Part shown: piece by piece, positions 11,488 to 21,823 of the stretch
How positions within the stretch are numbered: position 1 is the stretch's first letter
Layout: each line of letters starts with the position of its first letter
Assembly (NCBI GenBank): GCA_903934295.1
Contig: CAIZNI010000013.1
Location: 38,888 to 102,887 of the forward strand
DNA from: an uncultured beta proteobacterium
GTDB lineage: Bacteria > Pseudomonadota > Gammaproteobacteria > Burkholderiales > Burkholderiaceae_E
DNA: 64,000 bases
Direction: 5' to 3'
Position numbers and translations under genes: made by a program
Notes under the pieces: generated by a model
What the model was told of the DNA's origin: nothing
What the model saw: only the letters and a program-made list of their open reading frames with translations
Database searches by the model: none

Positions 11488-14355
11488 ATGTTAGGCTCAA
11501 ATTCTATGAAGAGCGATTCGGGGAAATGCGTGGCTGCTGACCAAAAAACCGTGTTGGACACGGGCTTGAAAACGGCGCCAAAGCGTCTCGCGGTTGCGAT
11601 CGCTGTCGCGTTGATGGCCGGCAGCGGGTCTGCCTGGGCGGCCGGCCTGGGTCGTTTGTCGGTGCTGTCGGGTCTGGGCCAGCCGTTGCGTGCCGAGGTC
11701 GAGATCACCGCGCTCACCCGCGAGGAGGCACCTTCCCTGAACGCGCGGCTGGCGCCGCCCGAGGCCTTTCGGCAGGCCGGACTCGAATTCAACGCCGCGC
11801 TCTCCAGCCTGCGCTTTGCCATCGACCGACGCGCCGACGGTCGGGCCTTCGTTCGCATTTCTTCGGCCCAGCCCATCAACGAACCGTTTGTCGACATGCT
11901 GCTGGAGCTGAACTGGGCTGCCGGCAAGTTCGTCCGTGAATACACCTTCCTGCTCGATCCGCCCGAACTGCGCAGCATCCGGGAAACGGTAGAAGGGGGT
12001 GCCGGTCAGGCGACCATCGTTGCGCCGACAGCGGCGCCGGCTCAGGCCGCTGCACCCGCTGCCTCCGCTCCCACACCTGCCGCACCCGCGCCCGCACCCG
12101 CCCCTCCCGCACCTGCAACGCGCCGGGAACCGGCGCCTGCCGCGGCTGCGCCGGCCCCCGCCGCGTCGGCTCCTGCCCCCGCTGCGTCGCGGCCGGAGCC
12201 CGCCAGACCTGCGCCGGCGGGCGCCAATGAAATCCAGGTGCGCAGCGGTGACACGCTGTCCCTTCTCGCTTCGAAGGTCAAACCCCCCGCAGCGTCCCTC
12301 GATCAGACGCTGGCCGCTCTCTATGAGCGCAATCCCCAGGCTTTCGACGGCAACATGAACCGCCTGAAGGCCACCAGCACGCTGACGGTGCCGCCGGCTG
12401 CCGACATCGCGGCGATCGATCCTGCGAAGGCGCGGGCGCTGGTCCTGGCTGAGTCAGCCGATTTTTCGGCATTCCGTTCCCGGCTCGCCAAGGAGGCGCC
12501 CGAGGTGGGCGCTGCCAAGCCCGGCCAGTCGGCTGCGGGCGCGGTGAGTGCCAAGGTTGAAGACAAGAGTGACACCGCGCGCGCCGGCGATCAACTCAAG
12601 CTCTCGAAGTCGGGCACCGCCGGCAAGGGCGGTCCTGGCGCAGCGGTCGGACAAGAGGCTGCAGAGCAGGCGGTCGCTCGCGACGCTGCGCTCAAGGAGT
12701 CACAGGCGCGGCTGAAGAGCCTCGAGAAGAACGTCGGCGATCTGCAGAAGATGCTCGATCTGCGCAATCAGCAGATGGCGGAACTCCAGCGCCAGGTGGA
12801 CGAACTGAAGTCGGCTGCGCGCACCGCCAGCGGCGCGATTGCCCGGCCGGAGGCGCCGAAGGTCGCTGACGCGACAAAGCTCGCGCAGGCGCCCAAAGCC
12901 GCCGAAGCCCCCAAGGCGGTCGAAGCCCCCAAGGCGGTCGAAGCCCCCAAAGCCGTCGAACCCCCGAAGCCCGTCGAACCCCCGAAGCCCGTCGAACCCC
13001 CGGCCGTCATCGAAGCACCGAAGGCCGTCGAAGCGCCGAAACCCGAAGCGGTCAAGCCGCCGCCAGTCGAAGTCAAGCCGCCGCCCGCTCCCGTGCCGGC
13101 ACCGGCACCCGAGGCGGGCTTTGTCGAGGATCTGCTGGCCAACCCGCTGCTGTTGCCCGGGCTTGGCGGCATCCTGGCGCTCGGTGCCGGCTACGGCTGG
13201 TATGCGATGCGCCGGCGCAAGAAGGTCGAGAAGTTCGAGGACAGCCTGATTGCCGACGACGGCATCGCCGCCAACTCGCTGTTCGGCTCCACCGGCGGCC
13301 AGAGCGTCGACACCAGCAGCGCGTTTGCGTCGCTCAGCAAGGAAACCACCGGGGAAGCGCCGGCGACCGAGGTCGATCCGATCGCTGAGGCCGAGGTCTA
13401 CATCGCTTATGGCCGGGAAGCGCAGGCCGAGGAAATCCTGCGGGAAGCGCTGCGCAAGCAGCCCGAGCGCCAGGCGATCCGCGCCAAGCTCCTCGAGATC
13501 TATTCCGGCCGCAAGGATGTCGATGCCTTCGGGGCGCTTGCCCTCGAGATGCACGAGATGACCGGCGGCATGAACGAAGAGTGGCCCAAGGTCGTCACCA
13601 TGGGTCTTGCGATCGACCCCGAGAACCCGCTCTACACCGGGCGGCAACCCTCGGCCGACGAAATGTCCGACGATGACATGAGCCTGGAAGGCAACCTGAC
13701 CGAGCCGCAGATGGATGCGCTGCTCGATGAGGACGTCGAGCCTGCCGACCTGTCGTTCGCCGAGACCGTTCCGATGGATCCCGCCGAACTGGCTGCGCAG
13801 GCCGATCTGGCGGCCGATGCCAATTCGCTGGACTTCGACCTCGAGATCGACACGACCATCGGCAAGGCCGGCGAGAAACTGGCGACGTCGCGCGACGATG
13901 TCGAGTCCGATCTGGCGCGCGCGGTCGACGGTCGCTTCGACCTGCCCGATCTCGACATGCCCAGCAGCGCGGCGCCCGCCTCCTCCGATCGGGACCAGAC
14001 CCGAACCGCAGACGAGTTCAGTCTCGACCTGCCGGCACTCGAGGGGCTGAGCGAGATCATCGCCCCGCCCGCGGAGCCCGGCAATGCGATGGCCGACTTC
14101 GAGAACCAGATCGATCTGGCCCCGGTCGAACTCGAGCCGGAGCCCGCTGCAGCGCCGGCCGCCGAGCCGGAGGCCCTAGAGGAAGCCGACGACGGCATGG
14201 ACTGGCAGGAAATGGCCACCAAGCTCGACCTGGCGGCGGCTTATGAGGAAATCGGCGACAAGGAAGGGGCTCGCGAGTTGCTCGACGAAGTCGTGGCAGG
14301 CGGCGATTCCGCGCAGAAAGACCGAGCCCGTTCGATGCTCGCGAAACTGGTCTGA
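11488..14355 (+). CDS. fimV: FimV/HubP polar landmark protein
   Basis: Signal peptide then GLGRLSVLSGLGQPLRAE, REYTFLLDPP, LysM-like segment, coiled coil, TM helix, VDPIAEAEVYIAYGR, C-terminal TKLDLAAAYEEIGDKEGARELL; located between asd and truA. True start probably 6-20 codons downstream. Confidence 0.93.
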   Translation: MLGSNSMKSDSGKCVAADQKTVLDTGLKTAPKRLAVAIAVALMAGSGSAWAAGLGRLSVLSGLGQPLRAEVEITALTREEAPSLNARLAPPEAFRQAGLEFNAALSSLRFAIDRRADGRAFVRISSAQPINEPFVDMLLELNWAAGKFVREYTFLLDPPELRSIRETVEGGAGQATIVAPTAAPAQAAAPAASAPTPAAPAPAPAPPAPATRREPAPAAAAPAPAASAPAPAASRPEPARPAPAGANEIQVRSGDTLSLLASKVKPPAASLDQTLAALYERNPQAFDGNMNRLKATSTLTVPPAADIAAIDPAKARALVLAESADFSAFRSRLAKEAPEVGAAKPGQSAAGAVSAKVEDKSDTARAGDQLKLSKSGTAGKGGPGAAVGQEAAEQAVARDAALKESQARLKSLEKNVGDLQKMLDLRNQQMAELQRQVDELKSAARTASGAIARPEAPKVADATKLAQAPKAAEAPKAVEAPKAVEAPKAVEPPKPVEPPKPVEPPAVIEAPKAVEAPKPEAVKPPPVEVKPPPAPVPAPAPEAGFVEDLLANPLLLPGLGGILALGAGYGWYAMRRRKKVEKFEDSLIADDGIAANSLFGSTGGQSVDTSSAFASLSKETTGEAPATEVDPIAEAEVYIAYGREAQAEEILREALRKQPERQAIRAKLLEIYSGRKDVDAFGALALEMHEMTGGMNEEWPKVVTMGLAIDPENPLYTGRQPSADEMSDDDMSLEGNLTEPQMDALLDEDVEPADLSFAETVPMDPAELAAQADLAADANSLDFDLEIDTTIGKAGEKLATSRDDVESDLARAVDGRFDLPDLDMPSSAAPASSDRDQTRTADEFSLDLPALEGLSEIIAPPAEPGNAMADFENQIDLAPVELEPEPAAAPAAEPEALEEADDGMDWQEMATKLDLAAAYEEIGDKEGARELLDEVVAGGDSAQKDRARSMLAKLV
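12889..13040 (+). repeat. In-frame 18-bp tandem repeats (KAVEAP/KPVEPP) in the FimV linker
   Basis: About 8 units such as aaggcggtcgaagccccc. Confidence 0.85.
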
Positions 14356-14374
14356 TCGATTGCGTCTGAAACCG

Positions 14375-14401
14375 ACGGGGAAGCTGGGCTTCCCCGTTTT
14401 C
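14375..14401 (+). terminator. Intrinsic terminator-like hairpin after fimV
   Basis: acggggaagc-tgg-gcttccccgt: 10-bp perfect stem followed by a short T run. Confidence 0.7.
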
Positions 14402-14402
14402 A

Positions 14403-15287
14403 TTGGTCCCGCCGTTGCCTTCGGTTGATCTTCCTGACGCCGCCGGCGGCTCCGCCGGGACGGTCGTCGGGCCCGCCCATGCCCATGCCCTGCGCGCGCC
14501 CGCCGGCACGCGGCGGATGGCATTGCGTCTGGCTTACGACGGGCCGGCCTTCCAGGGCTGGCAGACGCAGCCGGGCGGTCGAACCGGCCAGGATCTGGTC
14601 GAGGCGGCGCTCGCGACGATGGCCGGTCATCCGGTGGCCACCGTTTGCGCCGGGCGAACCGATGCCGGCGTGCACGCGGTCGCGCAGGTGGTGCACTTCG
14701 ACACGCCGACCGAGCGCCCCGATGGCGCCTGGCTTCGCGGAGTCAATGCGCAACTGCCGCCGACCATCGCGGTGCAGCAGGTGAGCCCGGTCGCGCCGGA
14801 CTTCCATGCCCGCTTCGGCGCCCTGCGGCGGCGCTATCGTTACCTGATCCTGCGCACGCCGACGCGCCATCCACTGTGGACCGGGCGCGCCGCCTGGGTG
14901 TATCGCCCGCTCGATGCCGATCGCATGCGCGAGGCCGCCGGCGCGCTGCTCGGCCAGCATGATTTCAGCGCCTTCCGGTCCTCGCAGTGTCAGGCCCGCT
15001 CGCCGGTTCGGGTGCTCGAGCGCCTCGACCTCTTCGAGCGTGGCGACCTGCTGGTCCTCGATGTGCAGGCCAACGCCTTCCTGCACCACATGGTGCGCAA
15101 CCTGGCGGGCGCGCTGGTGTGGGTCGGCATGGGGCGCCGCCCGGTCGACTGGACGGCCGAGGTACTGGCCGGACGCGATCGCCGACTGGCTGCGCCCACC
15201 CTGGCTGCCCAGGGGCTATACCTGACCGGGGTAGAGTACGTCCTGGACAACGACCTGGGCAGCTGGCCCGCCTTGCCGGTGCCCTGA
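14403..15287 (+). CDS. truA: tRNA pseudouridine(38-40) synthase
   Basis: [36 protein letters not shown]. Start uncertain (TTG 14403 or ATG 14517). Confidence 0.96.
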   Translation: MVPPLPSVDLPDAAGGSAGTVVGPAHAHALRAPAGTRRMALRLAYDGPAFQGWQTQPGGRTGQDLVEAALATMAGHPVATVCAGRTDAGVHAVAQVVHFDTPTERPDGAWLRGVNAQLPPTIAVQQVSPVAPDFHARFGALRRRYRYLILRTPTRHPLWTGRAAWVYRPLDADRMREAAGALLGQHDFSAFRSSQCQARSPVRVLERLDLFERGDLLVLDVQANAFLHHMVRNLAGALVWVGMGRRPVDWTAEVLAGRDRRLAAPTLAAQGLYLTGVEYVLDNDLGSWPALPVP

Positions 15288-15329
15288 CCGACAACCTTGC
15301 CCGACAAACCCGACCGCTGCCGCCCCGCC

Positions 15330-16004
15330 GTGACCCTTCTGCGAACCCGGATCAAGTTCTGCGGCTTCGTGCGCCCCGCCGATGTCGACTGTGCGGTTGC
15401 GCTCGGCGTCGACGCGATCGGTTTTGTCTTCTATCCGCGCAGCCCTCGCGCGCTCACCCCCGATCAGGCGCTCGCCTTGCGCCGGCGTCTGCCGTCCTAT
15501 GTCGCCGCCGTCGGGCTGTTCGTGAATGAGGCGCCGGAATCGGTGCGCGACACCTGCGCGCGGGTCGGCCTCGATGTCGTCCAGTTCCATGGCGACGAGA
15601 CGCCCGCGCAGTGCCGCGCCAGCCTGCCGGTGGGTCTGCCGTACTGGCGCGCGGTTCGCATGCGCGCGGCCGGTGATTTGTTAGAATCAGCGGTTGTGTT
15701 TGAGGATGCCGAAGCGTTTCTGCTGGATGCGTTCAGCGAGGGCTACGGCGGCAGTGGCGCGGGTTTCGACTGGTCCTGGATTCCAGCCGCGCGCACCGCG
15801 CCGCTGATCCTCTCGGGCGGTCTGGATCAGCACAGCGTTGCGCAAGCCATCCGTCAGGTTTCTCCCACCATGGTCGACGTCTCCAGCGGCATTCAGGGCA
15901 CTGATCCCCGATGCAAGGACGCCGACCGAATGGCCCGTTTCGTCGCGGCCGTCCTCGCTGAGGATGCGCAGCGTTCACTAGCCACAGCCGGCAGCAGCCC
16001 ATGA
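15330..16004 (+). CDS. trpF: Phosphoribosylanthranilate isomerase
   Basis: [35 protein letters not shown]. Start uncertain. Confidence 0.95.
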   Translation: MTLLRTRIKFCGFVRPADVDCAVALGVDAIGFVFYPRSPRALTPDQALALRRRLPSYVAAVGLFVNEAPESVRDTCARVGLDVVQFHGDETPAQCRASLPVGLPYWRAVRMRAAGDLLESAVVFEDAEAFLLDAFSEGYGGSGAGFDWSWIPAARTAPLILSGGLDQHSVAQAIRQVSPTMVDVSSGIQGTDPRCKDADRMARFVAAVLAEDAQRSLATAGSSP

Positions 16005-17200
16005 AACCTTACGATCTTCCCGACGCCAGCGGACACTTCGGCCCTTACGGGGGCATCTTCGTGGCCGAGACCCTCATGCACGCGCTCGAAGAGTTGCGTC
16101 TGTGCTATGCCCGCTACAAGGACGATCCCGAGTTCGTCGCCGAATTCCGCGACGAACTCGAGCACTTCGTCGGCCGCCCCAGCCCGATCTATCACGCCCG
16201 CCGCTGGTCGCAGATGCTGGGCGGTGCCCAGATCTATTTCAAGCGCGAAGACCTCAATCACACCGGCGCGCACAAGATCAACAACACCATCGGCCAGGCG
16301 CTGCTGGCGCGTCGCATGGGCAAGCCGCGGGTGATCGCCGAGACCGGCGCCGGTCAGCACGGCGTGGCCACCGCCACCATCGCGGCACGCTACGGCATGA
16401 AATGCGTGGTCTACATGGGCAGCGATGACGTCGCCCGTCAGGCCCAGAACGTCTATCGCATGCGCCTGCTGGGCGCCGAGGTGGTGCCGGTCGAGTCGGG
16501 CAGCAAGACCCTGAAGGACGCGCTCAACGAGGCGATGCGCGACTGGGTCACCAACGTCGAGGACACCTTCTACATCATCGGCACCGTGGCCGGACCGCAC
16601 CCCTATCCGATGATGGTCCGCGACTTCCAGTCGGTGATCGGTCTGGAGTGCCGCCAGCAGATGCCGGTCATGACCGGTCGCCAGCCCGACTATGTGGTGG
16701 CCTGCGTCGGTGGCGGCTCGAACGCGATCGGCATCTTCCATCCCTATCTGGATGTGCCGGGCGTGCGACTGGTGGGCATCGAAGCCGGCGGTGACGGCGT
16801 GCACACCGGGCGCCACTCGGCCTCGCTCACCGCGGGCGTGCCCGGGGTGCTGCATGGCAACCGCACCTACCTGCTCCAGGACGAAGACGGCCAGATCATC
16901 GACACCCACTCGGTGTCGGCGGGTCTGGACTACCCGGGTGTCGGTCCCGAGCATGCGTGGCTCAAGGACAGCGGCCGCGCCACCTATCTGCCGATCGATG
17001 ACGAGGAAGCCCTGGCGGCGTTCCACAACTGCTGCCGCATCGAAGGCATCATCCCGGCCCTCGAAACGGCGCACGCCATCGCCTACGCGGCCAAGCTGGC
17101 GCCCACGCTGGCCAGTGACCAGATCATCCTGGTCAATCTGTCCGGCCGCGGCGACAAGGACATGCACACCGTCGCGCAGCGCGCGGCGCACGGCGCCTGA
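16001..17200 (+). CDS. trpB: Tryptophan synthase beta chain
   Basis: [15 protein letters not shown] (PLP lysine), [31 protein letters not shown]. Confidence 0.98.
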   Translation: MKPYDLPDASGHFGPYGGIFVAETLMHALEELRLCYARYKDDPEFVAEFRDELEHFVGRPSPIYHARRWSQMLGGAQIYFKREDLNHTGAHKINNTIGQALLARRMGKPRVIAETGAGQHGVATATIAARYGMKCVVYMGSDDVARQAQNVYRMRLLGAEVVPVESGSKTLKDALNEAMRDWVTNVEDTFYIIGTVAGPHPYPMMVRDFQSVIGLECRQQMPVMTGRQPDYVVACVGGGSNAIGIFHPYLDVPGVRLVGIEAGGDGVHTGRHSASLTAGVPGVLHGNRTYLLQDEDGQIIDTHSVSAGLDYPGVGPEHAWLKDSGRATYLPIDDEEALAAFHNCCRIEGIIPALETAHAIAYAAKLAPTLASDQIILVNLSGRGDKDMHTVAQRAAHGA

Positions 17201-17211
17201 GGCCGCCGCCC

Positions 17212-18030
17212 ATGTCGCGAATCGAATCCGCTTTTGCGCGCTTGCGGGCCAGCGGGCGCAAGGCCCTGGTCCCCTACGTCACTTCGGGGCATCCGACGCT
17301 GGCCGCCACCGTGCCGATCATGCGGGCGCTGGTGGCCGGCGGCGCCGACGTGATCGAACTGGGGGTGCCGTTCTCCGATCCCATGGCCGATGGTCCGACC
17401 ATCCAGCGCGCCAATGAAAGCGCGCTGGCGCTGGGTGTGGGGCTGCGCGCGGTGCTGGCCTATGTCCGCGAGTTCCGGCTGCAGGATGACGTGACCCCGG
17501 TGGTGCTGATGGGGTATGCCAATCCGATCGAACGGATGGGCGCCGAGCGCTTCGCCGACGAGGCGAGCGCGGCGGGTGTCGACGGCGTCATCGTGGTCGA
17601 CTATCCCCCCGAAGAGTCGCGCGCGTTCGCGGCCGTCATGGGCTCGCGCGGCATCGACCCCATCTTCCTGCTGGCACCGACCTCGACCGACTTCCGGATC
17701 AATGAAGTGCTGGCGCTGGCCCGTGGCTACGTCTACTACGTGTCCCTGAAGGGCATCACCGGCGGCACGCTCGACATCGATGATGTGCGCCGGCGCGTGA
17801 TGATGATCAAGGAGCGCACCCAACTGCCGGTCGGCGTCGGGTTCGGGATCCGCGACGGCGCGACCGCCCGGCTGGTCGGCGAAGTCGCCGATGCGGTCAT
17901 CATCGGCACCCGCATGATCCAGGTGCTCGAGGAGGGCGATGCGGCCGGTGCCGCCGAGCGCGCCCAGGCCTTCACCGCCGGCATCCGGCAGGCGCTCGAT
18001 GCGCCCGCCGACATCGCCGCTGCCCGCTGA
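17212..18030 (+). CDS. trpA: Tryptophan synthase alpha chain
   Basis: [30 protein letters not shown]. Confidence 0.98.
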   Translation: MSRIESAFARLRASGRKALVPYVTSGHPTLAATVPIMRALVAGGADVIELGVPFSDPMADGPTIQRANESALALGVGLRAVLAYVREFRLQDDVTPVVLMGYANPIERMGAERFADEASAAGVDGVIVVDYPPEESRAFAAVMGSRGIDPIFLLAPTSTDFRINEVLALARGYVYYVSLKGITGGTLDIDDVRRRVMMIKERTQLPVGVGFGIRDGATARLVGEVADAVIIGTRMIQVLEEGDAAGAAERAQAFTAGIRQALDAPADIAAAR

Positions 18031-18055
18031 CCGCGACCTTTAAAAGGGATCCACC

Positions 18056-18925
18056 ATGACCTGGCTCGACAAGCTTCTGCCGCCCCGGATCAAGCGTTCG
18101 AACCTGGGTGCCAAGCGGGTTCCCGAGGGACTGTGGGTCAAGTGCCCGGCCTGTGACGCGGTGCTGTACGGGGCTGATCTGGACAGCAGCCTGGGCGTGT
18201 GTCCCAAGTGCAGTCATCACCTGCGGATCCGGGCGCGCCGGCGCATCGATTGCCTGCTCGACGCCGAGGGCCGCTATGAGATCGGCCAGGAGGTCCTGCC
18301 GGTCGACATGCTCAAGTTCAAGGACAGCCGAAAGTACGTCGACCGTCTCCAGGAGGCGCTCAACGACAGCGAAGAAACCGACGCGCTGGTCGTCATGGGC
18401 GGGGCGATCCGTACCCTGCCGGTGGTGCTGGCGGTGTTCGAGTTCGAGTTCATCAGCGGCTCGATGGGCTCGGTGGTGGGCGAGCGCTTTGCGCGTGGCG
18501 TCAAGGCGGCCATCGAACAGAAGGTGCCGTTCATCTCGGTGGCGGCCTCGGGCGGCGCCCGCATGCAGGAGGGTGTGCTCTCGCTGATGCAGATGGCCAA
18601 GACCACCGCGATGCTCACCGAGCTGGCCGAGAAGCGTTTGCCTTACATCTCGGTGCTGACCGACCCCACGATGGGTGGTGTGTCGGCCAGTTTCTGTTTC
18701 CTGGGCGATGTGGTGATCGCCGAGCCGCGCGCGCTGATCGGCTTTGCCGGCCCGCGGGTCATCGAACAGACGGTGCGTGAAAAGCTGCCGGAAGGCTTTC
18801 AGCGCGCCGAGTTCCTGCTCGAGAAAGGCGCCATCGACCGGATCGTCGACCGCCGCCAGATGCGCGACGAGATCGCCCATCTGCTGGCGATGCTGCTGCG
18901 CCAACCCAGCGACTCGGTCGCCTGA
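18056..18925 (+). CDS. accD: Acetyl-CoA carboxylase carboxyltransferase beta subunit
   Basis: Zn finger [37 protein letters not shown]. Confidence 0.98.
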   Translation: MTWLDKLLPPRIKRSNLGAKRVPEGLWVKCPACDAVLYGADLDSSLGVCPKCSHHLRIRARRRIDCLLDAEGRYEIGQEVLPVDMLKFKDSRKYVDRLQEALNDSEETDALVVMGGAIRTLPVVLAVFEFEFISGSMGSVVGERFARGVKAAIEQKVPFISVAASGGARMQEGVLSLMQMAKTTAMLTELAEKRLPYISVLTDPTMGGVSASFCFLGDVVIAEPRALIGFAGPRVIEQTVREKLPEGFQRAEFLLEKGAIDRIVDRRQMRDEIAHLLAMLLRQPSDSVA

Positions 18926-18974
18926 CGCGCATCGTTCACGCTCGCGCGGGCCGCGGGGCCGGTGCGGGCGCTTT

Positions 18975-19009
18975 CGTCGATCGATTGCGTCGATCGATTG
19001 CGTCGATCG
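18975..19009. repeat. Intergenic 13-bp tandem repeat (about 2.7 copies)
   Basis: cgtcgatcgattg-cgtcgatcgattg-cgtcgatcg between accD and folC. Confidence 0.85.
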
Positions 19010-19072
19010 CTTTCGCCGGGGCCGTTGCACAGGCCGCGGCCCTTCGGGTTGATTCTTCTGCCTGGCGCCACC

Positions 19073-20365
19073 ATGACCGCTCCCCAGACCCTGTCCGACT
19101 GGCTTTCCCACGCCGAGCGCCTGCATCCGCGGGGCATCGCCATGGGCCTGGAGCGGGTGCGCAGCGTGGCCCAGGGACTCGATCTTTCCTTCGACTGCCC
19201 GGTGATCACTGTCGGCGGCACCAACGGCAAGGGCTCGACCTGCGCGATGCTCGAGTCGATCCTGCTGGCGGCCGGCTATCGGGTAGCGCTGCACACCTCG
19301 CCGCACCTGCTCGAATTCAATGAGCGCGCCCGCTTCCTTGGCGAGTCGGTGACCGACGAGGCGCTGCTGCCGCATTTCGCGGAAGTCGAGCAGGCGCGCG
19401 GCCAGACCGAACTGACCTATTTCGAGTTCACGCTGCTGGCGATCCTGCGCTGGTTCCATGCCTGTCGCCCCGATGTGCTCATCCTGGAAGTAGGGCTGGG
19501 CGGACGCCTGGACGCGGTGAACATGATCGATGCCGATTGTTCGATCGTCACCTGCATCGACCTGGACCACACCGAATACCTGGGTCCCACCCGCGAGGCG
19601 ATCGGCTGGGAGAAGGCCCACATCTTCCGAACCGGCCGCCCGGCGATCTGCACCGATCCGCTGGCGCCGACCTCGCTGATCGATTACGCCCGCGAGATCG
19701 GCGCGGACCTGCGCCTGTTCGGTCGCGATTTCAACTACTCCGGTGATCGTCAGCAGTGGTCCTATGGCGGTCGCGACGTGCGGCGCAGCAGCCTGGCCTA
19801 TCCGGCGCTGCGCGGGGCCAACCAGTTGCTCAATGCGGCCGGCGTGCTCGCCGCGCTCGAGGCGCTGCGCCACCGCCTGCCGGTCAGCCAGCAGGCGGTG
19901 CGCCAGGGCCTGGCCACCGTCGAGTTGCCCGGCCGCTTCCAGGTGCTGCCGGGCCGTCCTGCGGTGGTGCTCGACGTTGCCCACAACCCCCATGCGGCCG
20001 CCCATCTGGCCAGCAATCTGGACAACATGGGGTTCTTCACCGCGACCTGGGCGGTGTTCGGCGCGATGCGCGACAAGGACCTGGCCGGGATCATCGGCCA
20101 CCTGCGCGAACGGGTCGATCACTGGCTGCCGGTGAGCCTGCCCGGCCCGCGGGCGGCGAGCGCGGATGAACTGGTTCAGGTACTGGCGGAGCAGGGCGTG
20201 TCGCCCGGGCCGCAGCGCACCGTGCAGCCGTTTCAAACGCCTCGCGAGGCGCTCGCCTTCGCCCTTTCGAAGGCCGAGGAGGGTGATAGACTCATCGTCT
20301 TCGGTTCGTTTCTCACCGTCGCTGACATTCTCGATTCGCGGCGTTCCGCCGGCAGTCGTCGTTGA
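19073..20365 (+). CDS. folC: Bifunctional folylpolyglutamate synthase/dihydrofolate synthase
   Basis: GTNGKGST, TSPHL, LEVGLGGRLDAVN, LDVAHNP. Confidence 0.97.
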   Translation: MTAPQTLSDWLSHAERLHPRGIAMGLERVRSVAQGLDLSFDCPVITVGGTNGKGSTCAMLESILLAAGYRVALHTSPHLLEFNERARFLGESVTDEALLPHFAEVEQARGQTELTYFEFTLLAILRWFHACRPDVLILEVGLGGRLDAVNMIDADCSIVTCIDLDHTEYLGPTREAIGWEKAHIFRTGRPAICTDPLAPTSLIDYAREIGADLRLFGRDFNYSGDRQQWSYGGRDVRRSSLAYPALRGANQLLNAAGVLAALEALRHRLPVSQQAVRQGLATVELPGRFQVLPGRPAVVLDVAHNPHAAAHLASNLDNMGFFTATWAVFGAMRDKDLAGIIGHLRERVDHWLPVSLPGPRAASADELVQVLAEQGVSPGPQRTVQPFQTPREALAFALSKAEEGDRLIVFGSFLTVADILDSRRSAGSRR

Positions 20366-20386
20366 TCCGGCGGCGCCCACCCAGTC

Positions 20387-21298
20387 ATGGCAACGCGCAC
20401 CTCGACCGCCCCTTCGAACGGCCCCAACGATCCGGTCCTGCCGCAGAAAAAGCGCGCCCGGCGTCGCGTGGTGGGTGCGGTCGCGCTGGCGCTGGTGGCG
20501 GCCATCGTGCTGCCGCTGATCCTCGATTCCGAACCGCGACAGGTCCGCGATGACGTGCAGGTGCGCATCCCCTCGCGCGACACGCCGCTGACCGAGCGGG
20601 TCGACACCGCAGGCCGGCCACCGGCCGACGCTGGCGATGCCCGGGCGGTCTCGCCGGCGGATTCCGCGACGGCATCGATACCGCCCTCCGACTCGGCCGC
20701 GCCGCCGTCGGCGCCCGCCACCGCGGAGGCCGTGGCGCCGGGCGCTGCGGGCGCGTCGACGGCCGCCGCTGCGACGGGTGCCGGCGCGCTGGCGGCTGCG
20801 GTGACGGGCGGCGCAGCGGCGCAAGGGGCCTCCAAGGCCGCGTCCGCCTCGAAGACGGAATCCACGCCCAAGGCCGAGCCTGCTGCGAAGGCTGAGCCTG
20901 CCGCCAAGACCGAAGCGGCTCCCAAGGCCGACGTTGCCCCCAAGGCCGACGTTGCCCCCAAGGCCGAGTCAGCCCCCAAGGCCGAGCCAGCCCCCAAGGC
21001 CGAGCCAGCCCCCAAGGCCGAGTCCACGCCCAAACCCGCTGCCACCGAATCCAAGGCGGCCAAGGTCGGGGGATACCACCTCCAGGTGGGCGCCTTCGCC
21101 AGCGAAAAGGCGGCGCAGGACCAGGCCGAGCGGGTCCGCAAGATCGGGGGCAAGTCCTACACCGAGCGGATCAAGACGCAGCAGGGCGATCGGATCCGGG
21201 TGCGCGTGGGGCCGTATCCCACCCGCGAGGCCGCCGAGCAGGCCCGCGCCCGTCTGCGAGCGGCCGGCGTCGAGGCGGCGATGGTTCCCCATCCATGA
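20387..21298 (+). CDS. dedD: SPOR-domain cell division protein (DedD-like)
   Basis: KKRARRRVVGA then a TM helix, Ala/Pro-rich linker, C-terminal SPOR (LQVGAF..RVRVGPY); folC-dedD-cvpA-purF synteny. Confidence 0.88.
   Translation: MATRTSTAPSNGPNDPVLPQKKRARRRVVGAVALALVAAIVLPLILDSEPRQVRDDVQVRIPSRDTPLTERVDTAGRPPADAGDARAVSPADSATASIPPSDSAAPPSAPATAEAVAPGAAGASTAAAATGAGALAAAVTGGAAAQGASKAASASKTESTPKAEPAAKAEPAAKTEAAPKADVAPKADVAPKAESAPKAEPAPKAEPAPKAESTPKPAATESKAAKVGGYHLQVGAFASEKAAQDQAERVRKIGGKSYTERIKTQQGDRIRVRVGPYPTREAAEQARARLRAAGVEAAMVPHP
20852..21032 (+). repeat. In-frame 18-bp tandem repeats (KAEPAP-type) in the DedD linker
   Basis: About 10 units of aaggccgagccagccccc-like sequence. Confidence 0.85.
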
Positions 21299-21320
21299 CA
21301 CGGCACCGCTGCGTCGTCGC

Positions 21321-21809
21321 ATGTCGCTGCCGCTGCTGAACGGATGGGACTGGTTCGTGCTGATCACGCTCGGCCTGTCCAGCGTTCTCGGCCTGGTGCG
21401 GGGTCTGGTGCGCACGCTGTTCGGGCTGGCATCCTGGCTGGTCGCCCTGCTGCTGACCCCGCTGCTGGCGCCACTGCTCATCGATCGGATTGAGCTGGCG
21501 CAATTCGCCATCGGGATCTGGGTGCTTCTGTTCATCGGTCTTTTTGCGCTCGTGCGCCTGAGCGGACACGCGTTGGCCGGCGGCCTTCGCGCCACCGGTC
21601 TGGGCGGTGTCGACCGGCTGGGCGGTGCGCTGTTCGGTGTGATCCGCGCGCTTGCCTTGATCGTCCTGGTCGTCGCCGCTGCCACCCTGATGGTCTTCGA
21701 CCGCGAGCCGATGTGGCGCGACGCGGCATCCCGACCCCTTCTCGATGCGATCGCCGATTGGATCGAGCCCCACTTGCCGCGGCGCGAGAGCGGCATTCGA
21801 ACGACCTGA
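21321..21809 (+). CDS. cvpA: CvpA family membrane protein
   Basis: WDWFVL..GLVRGLVR, GLGGVDRLGGALFGVIRA; directly upstream of purF. Confidence 0.9.
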   Translation: MSLPLLNGWDWFVLITLGLSSVLGLVRGLVRTLFGLASWLVALLLTPLLAPLLIDRIELAQFAIGIWVLLFIGLFALVRLSGHALAGGLRATGLGGVDRLGGALFGVIRALALIVLVVAAATLMVFDREPMWRDAASRPLLDAIADWIEPHLPRRESGIRTT

Positions 21810-21823
21810 AAGCGAGATCGAAC

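Noticed and set aside
12889..13040. FimV repeats (and DedD repeats at 20852-21032) as novel elements
   Set aside because: Low-complexity Pro/Ala/Lys/Glu linkers are normal in these families.
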